Part shown: piece after piece, positions 23,690 through 34,665 of the stretch
How the letters are laid out: each line of letters opens with the position of its first letter
Position numbering within the stretch: the first letter of the stretch is position 1
Origin: Psammoneis japonica
Lineage: Eukaryota
DNA length: 64,000 bases
Direction of reading: 5' to 3'
NCBI GenBank assembly: GCA_008632985.1
Contig: QPGO01000014.1
Location: 248,001-312,000, forward strand
The notes under the pieces: model-generated
Databases searched by the model: none
Told to the model about the DNA's origin: nothing
What the model saw: the letters and a program-made list of their open reading frames with translations, nothing else
Position numbers and translations under genes: made by a program

Positions 23690-25990
23690 CACCTCCCCCA
23701 TTGTCAGTGGGGGCGCCACCGTCACATCCTCCCTTGCCCCAAAATCATCCCATGCATTCAGATCCAGATTGTGGCCCAGTTCTTGAGGCACCAACAAATG
23801 CCTCTGACTCACCTCCTTTGGTGCCAACAAAACATTTGCATTGTTTCTATTTCTTGGGTGATTTGAGGATGTTCAAACAGTCTGTCTTGTGTGAAAAGCT
23901 CTTTGGTCAAGGCATGTGTGATGCCAAGATAGAAGAGATCTGCCAAAGTCCATGCAAGAACCAGATTTTCAATGTGAATCAGAAAGGACTCTGCAGAATT
24001 GGTCAGGAGTCATTGCTTCGTAAGCTTGCAGAATTTGTGGCTCAACTGGAAGAGTTGCCAAAGAAGCAGGCACTGCAGTCAGTTTTCGAAACCGCTTCAG
24101 AACGAAGCGCGCACAAAGCAGCTCATGAAAGGGCACAACGAAAGTCTTGCACGGAACAAACACAGTGCAATGTTGCGAATGACAAACCATCATTGAGTGC
24201 CATGGACACCTCTGGGAAGTCTTCTTGTTTTGACAGCGCACAGGAGAATCTAGAGTGACTGTTGCAAAATGAGTCTCAAGAAAAGGACGACAGAGCAGAA
24301 TCTAGAAAGCAGATTCTAGAAAGCAAGGTGAAAAGTGCATGTTGTCCACAAGGTCTCCCGGGAGCAAAATGGAGCAAGAAGCCGGAGGCAAATCCTCATC
24401 AGGAATCCTCGAATGATCTCGATGTCAGCAAGAATTCTCCTCCATTGTTTTGATGCATGCCTCCTGCATTGTCAGCGGGGGTGCCACCGTTGTGTCCTCC
24501 CTTGCACCAAAATCATCCCATGCACTCAGATCTGGATCGTGGCCCAGTTTTTGAGGCACCAACAAATCTGTCTCACTCATCTCCGTTGGTGCCAACAAAG
24601 TTTCAGAATTGTTTCCACTTCTTGGGCAATTTGAAGACATCCAAACATTCTGTCTTGCATGAAAAGCCTTTTGATCAAGGCATGTGTGATGCTGAGATAG
24701 AAGAGATCTGCCAAAGTCTGTGCAAGAACCAGGTTTTCAATGTGAATCAGAAAGAACTCTGCAGAATTGGTGAGGAAATGTTGCTTCGCAAGCTTGCAGA
24801 ATTTGCAGCTCAACTGGAAGAATTGCCAACGAAGCGGGCATTGCAGTCAGTTTTTGAAACCACTTCAGAATGAAACGTGAACAGCAAAGCAGCTCGTGAA
24901 AGGATGCAACAAAAGTCTCGCATGGAACAAATGCAGTGCAATGTCGTGAACGACAAACCATCATTGAGTGCCATGGACACCTCTGGGAAGTCTTCTGGTT
25001 TTGTCAGTGCACAGAATCTAGAAAAACTGTTGCAAAATGAGTCTTGAGAAAAGGACGACAGAGTGGAATCTAGAAAGCGGAATCTAGAAAGCGAGGCAAA
25101 AAGCACGTGTTGTCATGAACGTCTCCCGGGAGCAAAACAGAGCAAGAAGCCTGAGGCCAATCCTTGTCAGGAATCCTCAAATGATCTCAATGTTGGCAAG
25201 AACTCTCCTCCATTGTTTTGACACATGCCTCTTGCATTGTCAGCAGGGGTGCCACCGTTGTGTCCTCCCTTGCACCAAAATTATCCCACACATTCAGATC
25301 CGGATCGTGGCCCAGTTTTTGAGGTGCCAACAAATCCGTCTGACTTGTCTCCGTTGGTGCCAACAAAGTTTCAGAATTGTTTCTACTTCTTGGGCAATTT
25401 GAGGATGTCCAAACATTCTGTCTTGTGTGAAAAGCCTTTTGATCAAGGCATGTGCAATGCCGAGACAGAAGAGATCTGCCAAAAAGTCTGTGCAAGAACC
25501 AGGTTTTCAACATGAATGAGAAAGGACTGTGCAGAATTGGTGAGGAAATGTTGCTTCACAAGCTTGCAGAATTTGCAGCTCAGCTGGAAAAATTGCCAAC
25601 GAAGTGGGCATTGCAGTCAGTTTTTGAAACCACTTCAGAACAAAATGCAAACAGCAAAGCAGCTTGTGAAAGGACACAATGAAAGTCTCCCACAGAACAA
25701 ATGCAGAGCAATGTCGCTGCCGACAAACCATCATTGAGTGCCGTGGACACATCTGGCAAGTCTTCTGGTTTTGTCAGCACCCACGAAAATCTAGAAAAGC
25801 TTTTGCAAAACAAGTCTCAAGAAAAGGACGCTGGAGCGGACAGAAAGTGGAATCTTGAAAGTGAGGCAAGAAGCAAATGTTGCAATGAAGCTCTTCTGAG
25901 AGTGAGACAGAGCAAGAAGTCTGAGGGGTGATTTCTTGTCAGGAATCCTTGAATGATCTCGATGTCAACAAGATTTCTCCTCCTTGGGTG
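23690..25990 (+). repeat. Three tandem ~768-bp (256-codon) units in a degenerate coding region of an unidentified element
   Basis: ttgtcag...gccaccgt...cctcccttgc recurs at 23701, 24469 and 25237 (spacing 768). More diverged partial modules lie at ~26150-26800. Confidence 0.9.
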
Positions 25991-28028
25991 GGGCATGCAC
26001 CTTGCTCTCCAACTGCAGGCACATTGCATCAGCATCTCATTTGCAACCATTTGCAACCCTTTGCAACCCTTTGCTTTCATCACCAATGAAGTCCACACCC
26101 GCAGTCCTCAATGCTCCAACAAAGTCCCCTCACCAAGTTTCCTCAGCTTCAACAAGGTCCTTGGACCCAAAAGCTGTGTGCTTCTCGAGACATTTGTGGA
26201 CATCCAGCAAATGTTTGTTGATCAGAAAATTTAAACATCAAGGCATCGGTGCAACGGAGACTAAGAAGATGTGCCAGACACTGCACGAACACAATTTTTT
26301 CAAGGTCAATGATGAAGGCCTTTGCAGGATTGTCCAAGATTCTGTTCAAGAAATGTGCGACCAAATTGAAAGATTTGCCAATGAAGTGGGTGTTGCACTC
26401 ATGTGTGAAACCGTTGCAGGCTTGACTGACTTTTTGCAGTTCTCAGGACATTGTTGTGTGTCGAAAGGGTGCATGTTGCATCAAAAATGCATCAGCCAAG
26501 GGATCCGGGAGAACGAGATCAGAAAGATGTGCTGAACGCTCTGCAAGAACAAGCTTTTTGTGGCCAATGCCAAAGGCCTTTGCATGATCACCCGAAGGCC
26601 ACAGAACAAACTCAAGAAACTTGTGACTCAGTTGAAAGAATTGCCAACAAAGCGGGTTCTACAATTGCTTTTCGAAACCTCTTCAGAATGAAAGGACTTG
26701 AATGTGGCTTGTGAAAGGCCCGGGCAGTCATTCAAAGAGCATGAGAACAATGTCAAGCGGCCAAGTTTTCTGAACAAATGCAGAGCCCTTGTTGGAGAAC
26801 AGCAGATGATGGTTGCATCAGAGCAAACACACTCCCGGAAAAGGATGTGCCAAGCTCTAGTCTGCAGCAGATGATGAGAACTGATCAAAAGATGACAGTG
26901 TGGGATCTCCAAATCGAGGGCATCAGCAGCAAAGATTGTCAGAAGTCTCTGCACGAAGCAGAAATGCGCCAAACACACGACAACGCGGCGACAAGGGGAT
27001 CGACCAGTCGGCATCACAAGGGGGGCACGATTGCAATGATTTGCAAAACCACAACCTGCAGAGACTGATGAACATTGCCAAGAAGCTGAGTGCAGAGACA
27101 GACTGGGGGGCAGCTGACGAGCTGGAAACCGCTGGTGAAAGCTGCGGCTGTCCAACGGCGCATTTGCAGCATGCAGTGCATGTGGTGGACGGTGCCTTCA
27201 GCCTGCTGGCAGAGTGAAAATGATGACTTGCCGTGTCGACCCTGGTTTGTCAGGCTGGGCCTTCTCGTCATCAACCCAGCTTGCTGGGCTCTGTGTGAGG
27301 GAGGCAGGTGCCTGGCATGGTGCATTTGCAATCACTTCTGCTCTAGAGAGAAAGTGCAGGGTGCAGCACCAGCGCTGCACATCACACGAAAGATGATGAC
27401 AACAACTGAGCCTCGCGCCTCTGTCTTTTCGAAACTTTGCGCAGCACAGTCTTCTGAGGCAAGGCACAAAGATGACCGACTTTTCCTCCCTTGAAACAAT
27501 TTGTTCGAAGGACATGCCGGCACACCATGTTCACGCACACGACACGAAGAGCATGCACACCGCACCGACCGGCATTGGACAGGGCCCTCCACTCCATCCA
27601 AGGATAGAGGGCCCCACTGCTGCCGGTAGAGAGCAGTACAGTAGCTAGCCACTAAGTAGCACCTTAGCGAGTACACACTGTACTGACGACGACTCTGACC
27701 CGTCGTACTCGTGGCGGAGGGGTGTAATTCGGGGTGTAATTTTGGGGTGTAAAAACGCGCGACGCGCGTTTTTACACCTCCAAAAGAAAATTACAGCAAA
27801 CAAATAGGCCTCCAGAGGCTTGTACTATTTTTTTCCTGTAATTTTCGTGCGAGAGCAGACCGCATTGGCGGCAGAAAACGCAAAACACCTTGCGCCGCGA
27901 TCCGTTTGTCATTTAGTATCCATCTAAAGACAACACGAAACGACTTGTAAGACAACGATAGACTACGTTGTCTGTAGATACAACGCTTCTGTAGATACAA
28001 CGCTTGACTACAACGTCTATTAAGCATC

Positions 28029-29435
28029 ATGAGTGCTGCGGCCTCTATGGAAGATTTTGATCTCTGTATGATCATTCTGCTTCTACAGTTTCTTCTTCTT
28101 GAAATCAATACTTTGATATTGAATGCAAAGCAAGCCCTTGACGAGTTGATTAAGGAAGAGCTACGAAGAAACCGAACCCCTGAACGAGAGAAAGATCGTC
28201 CATCATGGAAATCTCTTTTCGAATCGACGAGCAACAGGGTGTTCCGTCGCATGTTTCGCATGAAAAAGAAATCATTCGTGAAACTGTGCAATAAAGTTTG
28301 CGACAAAGTGGGAAAAGACACTTTCTTACCAGAAGATTACATCAACAGCACGGAATACAAGAAGAAGACAGATGCTGCGACAGGATTCAGGGGTGGTGCC
28401 ATTCCTGGAGAGATGAAAATGGCCATTGGTATCAGGTTGTTAGCTGGCGCGAGTTACTTGGATTTGTTGTGGTCGTTCAGCGTGTCGGACAGAACGGTTT
28501 ACAAGACTTTTCATCTTTTTGTGGCATGGGTTCTTCTTACATTTGATTTTCCGCTAGTGCCAGCGCTCCGAAGGAAAGATTGGGCATTTCTGAATCACAT
28601 AAGTCAAGAATTTTCGCAATCGTCCTCCGGCGTTTTCCTCGGCGTTATTGGTGCAATAGATGGTTTGTGCATTCGTATCCGCTGTCCATTCTTATCAGAA
28701 GCTGATGACCCCGGAAACTACTACTCTAGGAAAGGATTCTTTGCCCTGAACGTGCAGGCAATCTGTGACAGTAAGAAAAGAATTTTGTGGGTTAGTCCAT
28801 GGCACAAAGGATCCTCTCATGACTCTACTGCTTTCGATGAAACCGGATTGTCAAGCTTGCTGCAAGAGTTGGCAGACGAGCTAGAACGACTCGGACTTTT
28901 TCTTGTTGGTGATTCGGCGTACAACTTGGTGAAGACGCTCTTGATACCCTATGCCGATGCTCGCCCTGGCTCTGACGAGGATGCATTCAACTTCTGGCTG
29001 AGCAATAGCAGAATTACGATCGAGTGCGCGTTTGGTGAAATCATCATGCGCTGGGGAATATTTTGGCGCACGATGAGATTTTCCCTGCCACTTACCAAGG
29101 ATGTTGTCAAAGCTGCAATGCTTCTTCATAACTTCCTAATTGATGAAAGGGAAGAGGAGAGCGACCCAGAAGATGTAGAATACTTCAGGGACTTCTCTCT
29201 TAACAGCATGTCGGACGAGGCGGCAGTGTCGAGCGAGGTCCCGGAGGCGCTTGTCACTGACAACAATGAACCACGACCTCGCGGCCGCCGAAGCAACGAC
29301 GAGATGGAGTCCAAAAGGACGGCGGAGAAGATTCGAGACAATCTTCTCCTGTCCTTGAGTTTGGCCGGCAAAGGAAGACCGGAAAGAAACGGGACAAAGT
29401 ACAATAAGTATGGTCATGTCTACATGGATTACTAG
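28029..29435 (+). CDS. Intact PIF/Harbinger DDE transposase (DDE_Tnp_4/HARBI1-like)
   Basis: GAIDG, YYSRKGFFALNVQAICD, GSSHDS, LVGDSAY, FNFWLSNSRITIECAFG and LLHNF motifs. Confidence 0.93.
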   Translation: MSAAASMEDFDLCMIILLLQFLLLEINTLILNAKQALDELIKEELRRNRTPEREKDRPSWKSLFESTSNRVFRRMFRMKKKSFVKLCNKVCDKVGKDTFLPEDYINSTEYKKKTDAATGFRGGAIPGEMKMAIGIRLLAGASYLDLLWSFSVSDRTVYKTFHLFVAWVLLTFDFPLVPALRRKDWAFLNHISQEFSQSSSGVFLGVIGAIDGLCIRIRCPFLSEADDPGNYYSRKGFFALNVQAICDSKKRILWVSPWHKGSSHDSTAFDETGLSSLLQELADELERLGLFLVGDSAYNLVKTLLIPYADARPGSDEDAFNFWLSNSRITIECAFGEIIMRWGIFWRTMRFSLPLTKDVVKAAMLLHNFLIDEREEESDPEDVEYFRDFSLNSMSDEAAVSSEVPEALVTDNNEPRPRGRRSNDEMESKRTAEKIRDNLLLSLSLAGKGRPERNGTKYNKYGHVYMDY

Positions 29436-29443
29436 CTAGACAT

Positions 29444-29531
29444 GCGGGCTCTCAATAAATGTTACTGTAGCAACTTTTTTAGAAACGGCGGGCTCTCAAT
29501 AAATGTTGCTGTAGCAACTTTTTTAGAAACG
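29444..29531 (+). repeat. 44-bp direct tandem duplication
   Basis: gcgggctctcaataaatgtt(a/g)ctgtagcaacttttttagaaacg x2 with one mismatch. Confidence 0.9.
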
Positions 29532-29806
29532 TCCCATCTTTTTGATTTGTTTAAGACGGGTTCTTGCAACTATCAAAACAGGAACTGCCTAAGACGTCTC
29601 ATCCTTGCGGTCTCTCCAACACTTATCAGAGTTATCACTACCAAGACGTTACTGATCATTACCAAATGTCCCACAACTAACATGCACTATAGCATCATTT
29701 TTTCTCCTGCTGATTCGTCTCAAAGTCATTACGACTAGCTCTCTACAGTACTCTAGAGAGAGGGCTGGCTACTCTCAGGCCCTACTCGCTCTCATCACTC
29801 GCAGCC

Positions 29807-31180
29807 TCATTGCCTACCTGCCGCAGGGCTATCTTGTAGCGACAGCTTCTTCACTTCATGGGCAATCTCTGTACGTCGTTTCTTGATTACGCGAAGCATC
29901 GCTGCCTTGCTGTCAGGGCTAATGTCCTCCGACATCGCTGCTCGATCGCGACGTTCGCCTTGTTTTTCAAAAGAGTCAAACAATGAATCAACCTTCGTCG
30001 ATTCAGCTTCCTTCTCCTTTCGGGCAAGAATGTCAGAAGCCTTTTGTGTCAAACCGCCGACGCGCTCCTGTTGACTCTCGAGCTTTGCCAGGTTCTGTTG
30101 GTGCTGGTCTTTCACCGTCACTTTCTTGGGAGGTGTGGAATCATCTTGGGCTCCCTCAAAACCGGATTCATTCTTCACCCAGTCTTTCACTTGTCCACCA
30201 CTGCCACTGGCCAGCAGAAATCCTTCTTTCCGGTCAAGCAAGCAAACCCAGAGCAACCACCTGTTGCCGCCGCAATGGTCTGGGAAATCTTCGATCCTCT
30301 TGGGGCCATTGCCAGTCTCTTTGCCCCATTTGCGTGAGGCTTTTTTGCATTTTGGCCTCAAGTGTGAGAGCCAAACTTCTTTCATGAAATCAGACTCGTG
30401 TTTCTTGGTGATGATTGCGACGGCATTGGGATCGGTCATCAGTCGCATCTTCCGGCACATCCTTGACAATGCACCTAATTCCCTCCGGACGAGAGACAAC
30501 AAACTCGGCATTTTCAAAGTCCTCCTCTTGAATCTGTGCGAAGAATGCATCCGTCGGATCGTTGGACAGGTTTTGTTTGGCACGGCCCTTTTTGCCAGTC
30601 ATTGTTCCCTGCACACTGCCACGGCACTTTTGTTGAAGCATGGCGGCGGCCGCACGAATCGCATCTTCGGGAGTGCGATTTTCCTGGTGCTTGCTCGTGG
30701 TGGAGTGCCAACAATTCTCAAGGTTCGAAATCACCATTGGGATCCCACCGTGCTCGTCGTCGTTCTGGAGCATGAAGACCTTGTCATTCTTTCCACACTT
30801 CTGAAGGCTTGGGTGCACCTCCGTGCAGTCTACATGTTTCCAGTGCGAACCAAAACCTTGGCAATGGCATCCTTGCTTCTTGTTTGGTTTGTTGGAAGGT
30901 TGGGAAACCTGTTGGCCCTCCATTGCTTGTAAAGGGCAGTCGAAAACTCACCCATTACAGGGCACTTTAAAGTTTTTGCTTTGCTCTTTGCATCTTGAAC
31001 GCCTTCATCTTGAAGACTTGTCATCAGTGAGTGCAAAGCAGGGTGCAGCTTCTTGTCTTCAGCTGCCTGGTGTGGCTCGGCCATGGCTGGAGCACTTTGA
31101 GTTGAACGGAAGCGTTGCAACAGTCTTACAACAGATAACTCTCCACCTTAGCGTAATGTCCCCGTCAGGTGTATGTTGCA
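29807..31180 (-). pseudogene. Harbinger accessory (putative DNA-binding) ORF, frameshifted and TpA-depleted
   Basis: Overlapping minus ORFs 30830-31120, 30390-30923 and 29807-30583. Trp-rich segment VWLSHLRPKCKKASRKWGKETG...CGGNRWLLWVCLLD. No Tyr. Confidence 0.6.
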
Positions 31181-31513
31181 GTAACGAATAATCGTAGAGG
31201 ACATTGTTGGCTGACGTGATTTCCCGCCAGCTGCTTTTTGGGGTCGGAGGGAGGTGGATTTTTACAGAGGGGTAGTTTCACACTCTCGTACTCGTGCGAA
31301 AATCGGCTGTAATTTTGGGGTGTAAAATTAGTTCGTTTGGGGCAATAATCTAAAGAGGCATCGTACAATTCAAAATGACCAACAAAATGTCCGTCATCTT
31401 CTGCAAAGAGACTCTAGTACTTTTTTAGAGACGCGTTCTCACAATACACGGTTGTGTTGCTTCAACGCATTGATTTGTTTTGGGTTTTATCATCTTTAGT
31501 AGGATGGTCTGTA

Positions 31514-34500
31514 ATGAATTCCATCTGTAGATCCTATTTCAGGGCTGCAACTCTGTTGCTAGCAATGTCATCGTGCGTGGTTCATGCGGGTTGGTCATCG
31601 GCAGTGAGCAGAAAGGAAGAAGCGATGCTCGATCAACTCATTGTTGAGGCACAATCAATTCCAGCGATGATGAAGTTTTTCGTAAAATACAAGAACCGCA
31701 AGGGCATGAAATTCGCAAGGAGGCAAGCAAAAGGTAATGAACTCCTAAACCACGTGAAGAAGCTAAAGGTTGTAGCTCTTTATCCGCGCAACAAGAGCGC
31801 ACTGAAAAGGTTGACGACAAGCGAAAACATTGATTACGTAGAGCTTGTCCACGAAGTGCATGCACTACCTTTTCAGCGAAACAATAACTCGGAGGTAGGT
31901 AGAGGTCGGCGCCATCTTGAGGAGGGGTCAACGAACTATGCACTGGACATGGTTGAGGCGTCTGATTTGTGGGACATACCAGCTGCCGAAAAGATTTCAA
32001 TATGTGTCGTCGATAGTGGGTATGGACTAGGACACCCTGATCTACCCCAAAACGTCACTGGCACATCAACTGGGGGTATGTGGTACGATGATGAAAACGG
32101 CCACGGCTCGCACACCGCTGGAATCATCAGCGCCATAGGCACCAACAATATTGGAATTGTGGGAGTCATGAAGGACCCAAGCCGATTCAATTTACATATT
32201 GCAAGGTCACTGGATGGCAACGGTGAAGGCAACGAAGCTGACCTATTGGAAGCATTCGAAGGTTGCGTTTCAGCTGGTGCGAAAGTGATAAGTATGAGCT
32301 TGGGCCTCAGAAGCGAAAGCGAAAGCCTTCGGACCGCTCTAAAAGACGCCTACGATGATGGTGCTCTGATAATCGCATCTTCCGGAAACGATGGCGCGTC
32401 AGACTATCTTTATCCTGCGTCCTACCCGTACGCCATGTCGGTCGCTGCGATCGATAGAGAAATGAATGTAGCCGGATTCTCGCAATTCAATGACCAAGTC
32501 GAAATCGCAGCTCCAGGGGTTGATATTCTCTCAACCGTCACATTCGACGGAGGGGCAACCTTTGGATATGATGCCTGGAGTGGAACTTCTATGGCGGCTC
32601 CATTTGTTTCAGGAGTTGCTGCTCTTGTATGGAGTCACTTCCCGGAGTGCACAAATCATCAAATCAGAGCTGTTCTCATTCGAACGGCACTAAGTGATGG
32701 TGGTAGATGCAACCACGATACTGGGTTTGGTCTTGTACAAGCAAAAGCTGCATATGAAATGCTAATTAGGGATGGGTGCGTTGCTGGTGATGTCTCTCCG
32801 AATCCGCTGTCCACTGGCGCTCAAGGTGGTTGCAATCAAGATCCAAAATACATACCGCAACCGACGGCCGCACCATCTCAGTTCACCTGTGGAGACAGCG
32901 CATTTCGCTTAGAGCTAACTACCGACAAATGGGGAGCTGAGACGTCATGGGAAGTCTTGAACTCGAAGGGTGACAAGGTTGGCTCAGGGAGCGGCTATCG
33001 CAGCTCTACATCCTACGTTGAAAGTTTATGTCTTGTCCCGGATGCTTATTCATTTACAATCAGGGATTCGGAGAAAGATGGGATTTGTTGCGGGTTTGGA
33101 AGAGGCTCGTATTCGATTTACTACGAAGATGTTCTAATTCATTCTGGCGGGAACTTTATGGAACTTGAAACATTTTCCTTTGGTCACCATCTCTCAACAC
33201 CTGCTCCAACCTTCTCACCAGCCGCAAATTGCAAAGATGACGACAGTTGGATCCACACAAATTCGGCAGGGAAAAAGAAGAAATGTAAATATCTCAAGGA
33301 CAAGCCATCGTCACGATGCCAAAAGATAGGAGTCAACAGCGACGGAGACGCTGTGTCGGGTTACACCGGTTGTCCCGTTTCTTGCGAATCATGTCCGAAT
33401 GAACTACTAAGGAACGAAGATCCTAGCTCGCCTCCTACTGCTGCTTCGACTCCAAGGCCTACACTTGCTCCCACTTTGCCTACAATGTCGCCTACTATGC
33501 TTCCAACAAAATTGCCTACTGAAAGACCGTCACGAACACCTACCACGTCACCCACAAAGGCGCCTACTGCAGACCCTACACTTGCTCCCACTTTGTCTAC
33601 AATGTCGCCTACTATGCTTCCAACAAAAGCACCAACTGAAAGACCGTCACGAACACCTACCACGTCACCCACAAAGAAAACCCCAAGGCCTACTATCACG
33701 CCATCACGAGCACCAACGCATGCTCCTACCCAACTTCCGACCTCGCAGCCGATGGGAATTCTTGACGGGGTACTCGCTCCTCCCAAAACTGCCGAACCGT
33801 TCCCTTCACCAAGCGGCAAGCCAACGCCGTCTCCAACTCCTGAACCAACGCTTACACCAACGGTCTCGCCCACGACGCCTCCATACACAAATACCCCCGT
33901 GTGCGATAATGATCTCTGCGGCGTTTGCGAATCAGTGTGTTCCAGGAATTCCGGTTCAAGACCATACACCGAGCACGCGCCAAATGGAGACCGTTTCTTA
34001 TGCTGCAAAGGCAAGGAGGCTTGCATGAACAAAAGTCCGGTTGATGCGAGCACGTATGACTACCTCTGTTGCCAAGGACAAAAGGCCTGTTCGGAATCGT
34101 CTGTCAAGCTGCCCAAGAAGGGAATGTGTTGCTCCGGTGTTGAGTCATGTTTGCTTGCAAGATTCTCGCGAGCTCGTGAGAATCCAGAGGAGCCAAATAT
34201 CGGCGTACGTTGCGAGGGAACTAAAACCTGCGCAAGTACCAATTTCAAAGGTGCTGGTCCCGTTGATTTATGCTGCACTGGTGGTGATCAGACTTGTGAA
34301 AAGTTTGGAGAAAGTGGTGCGTCGGGGCCAGAAGATGGAAGTCGGGTCGAGTGCTCCAACGGTGATCAGGTTTGTTTAGAGGGGGGCTTGGCAGAAGCGA
34401 GTGGGTCGGTTGAAGTTTGTTGTAGGACAGGGAGTGTATGCAACTCTCTTTGTAAAGAGGGTTGCAAATGCAGGCCACCGTCCGAAGACGATGCCGCGTT

Positions 34501-34549
34501 TACATGCAAAGACAAATACACGGCTCGGATTTGCGGTCGCAAACCCTGA
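31514..34549 (+). CDS. Secreted subtilisin-like serine protease (S8) with P/T-rich stalk and Cys-rich C-terminal module
   Basis: Signal peptide and catalytic motifs VVDSG, GHGSHTAG, GTSMAAP. LTTDKWGAETSWEV...DGICCGFGRGSY domain. A 117-bp in-frame duplication lies at 33458/33575. Confidence 0.92.
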   Translation: MNSICRSYFRAATLLLAMSSCVVHAGWSSAVSRKEEAMLDQLIVEAQSIPAMMKFFVKYKNRKGMKFARRQAKGNELLNHVKKLKVVALYPRNKSALKRLTTSENIDYVELVHEVHALPFQRNNNSEVGRGRRHLEEGSTNYALDMVEASDLWDIPAAEKISICVVDSGYGLGHPDLPQNVTGTSTGGMWYDDENGHGSHTAGIISAIGTNNIGIVGVMKDPSRFNLHIARSLDGNGEGNEADLLEAFEGCVSAGAKVISMSLGLRSESESLRTALKDAYDDGALIIASSGNDGASDYLYPASYPYAMSVAAIDREMNVAGFSQFNDQVEIAAPGVDILSTVTFDGGATFGYDAWSGTSMAAPFVSGVAALVWSHFPECTNHQIRAVLIRTALSDGGRCNHDTGFGLVQAKAAYEMLIRDGCVAGDVSPNPLSTGAQGGCNQDPKYIPQPTAAPSQFTCGDSAFRLELTTDKWGAETSWEVLNSKGDKVGSGSGYRSSTSYVESLCLVPDAYSFTIRDSEKDGICCGFGRGSYSIYYEDVLIHSGGNFMELETFSFGHHLSTPAPTFSPAANCKDDDSWIHTNSAGKKKKCKYLKDKPSSRCQKIGVNSDGDAVSGYTGCPVSCESCPNELLRNEDPSSPPTAASTPRPTLAPTLPTMSPTMLPTKLPTERPSRTPTTSPTKAPTADPTLAPTLSTMSPTMLPTKAPTERPSRTPTTSPTKKTPRPTITPSRAPTHAPTQLPTSQPMGILDGVLAPPKTAEPFPSPSGKPTPSPTPEPTLTPTVSPTTPPYTNTPVCDNDLCGVCESVCSRNSGSRPYTEHAPNGDRFLCCKGKEACMNKSPVDASTYDYLCCQGQKACSESSVKLPKKGMCCSGVESCLLARFSRARENPEEPNIGVRCEGTKTCASTNFKGAGPVDLCCTGGDQTCEKFGESGASGPEDGSRVECSNGDQVCLEGGLAEASGSVEVCCRTGSVCNSLCKEGCKCRPPSEDDAAFTCKDKYTARICGRKP

Positions 34550-34665
34550 TACCATCTCAGCATGTTGCTTGTTCATTGCTTATGGGGCGAATTTGAATGC
34601 TTCTTGCTGGTTGATGGACTTCTACATATTAAACTAGTGCCGTATGTGTTCATCCCGATCCATTC

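Larger units (their letters stand above)
27700..31345. mobile_element. PIF/Harbinger DNA transposon (transposase + convergent accessory ORF); exact termini unresolved
   Basis: Two convergent ORFs. Motifs tgtaattttggggtgtaaaa and cgtactcgtg occur at both ends (27704-27797; 31287-31327). Confidence 0.75.
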
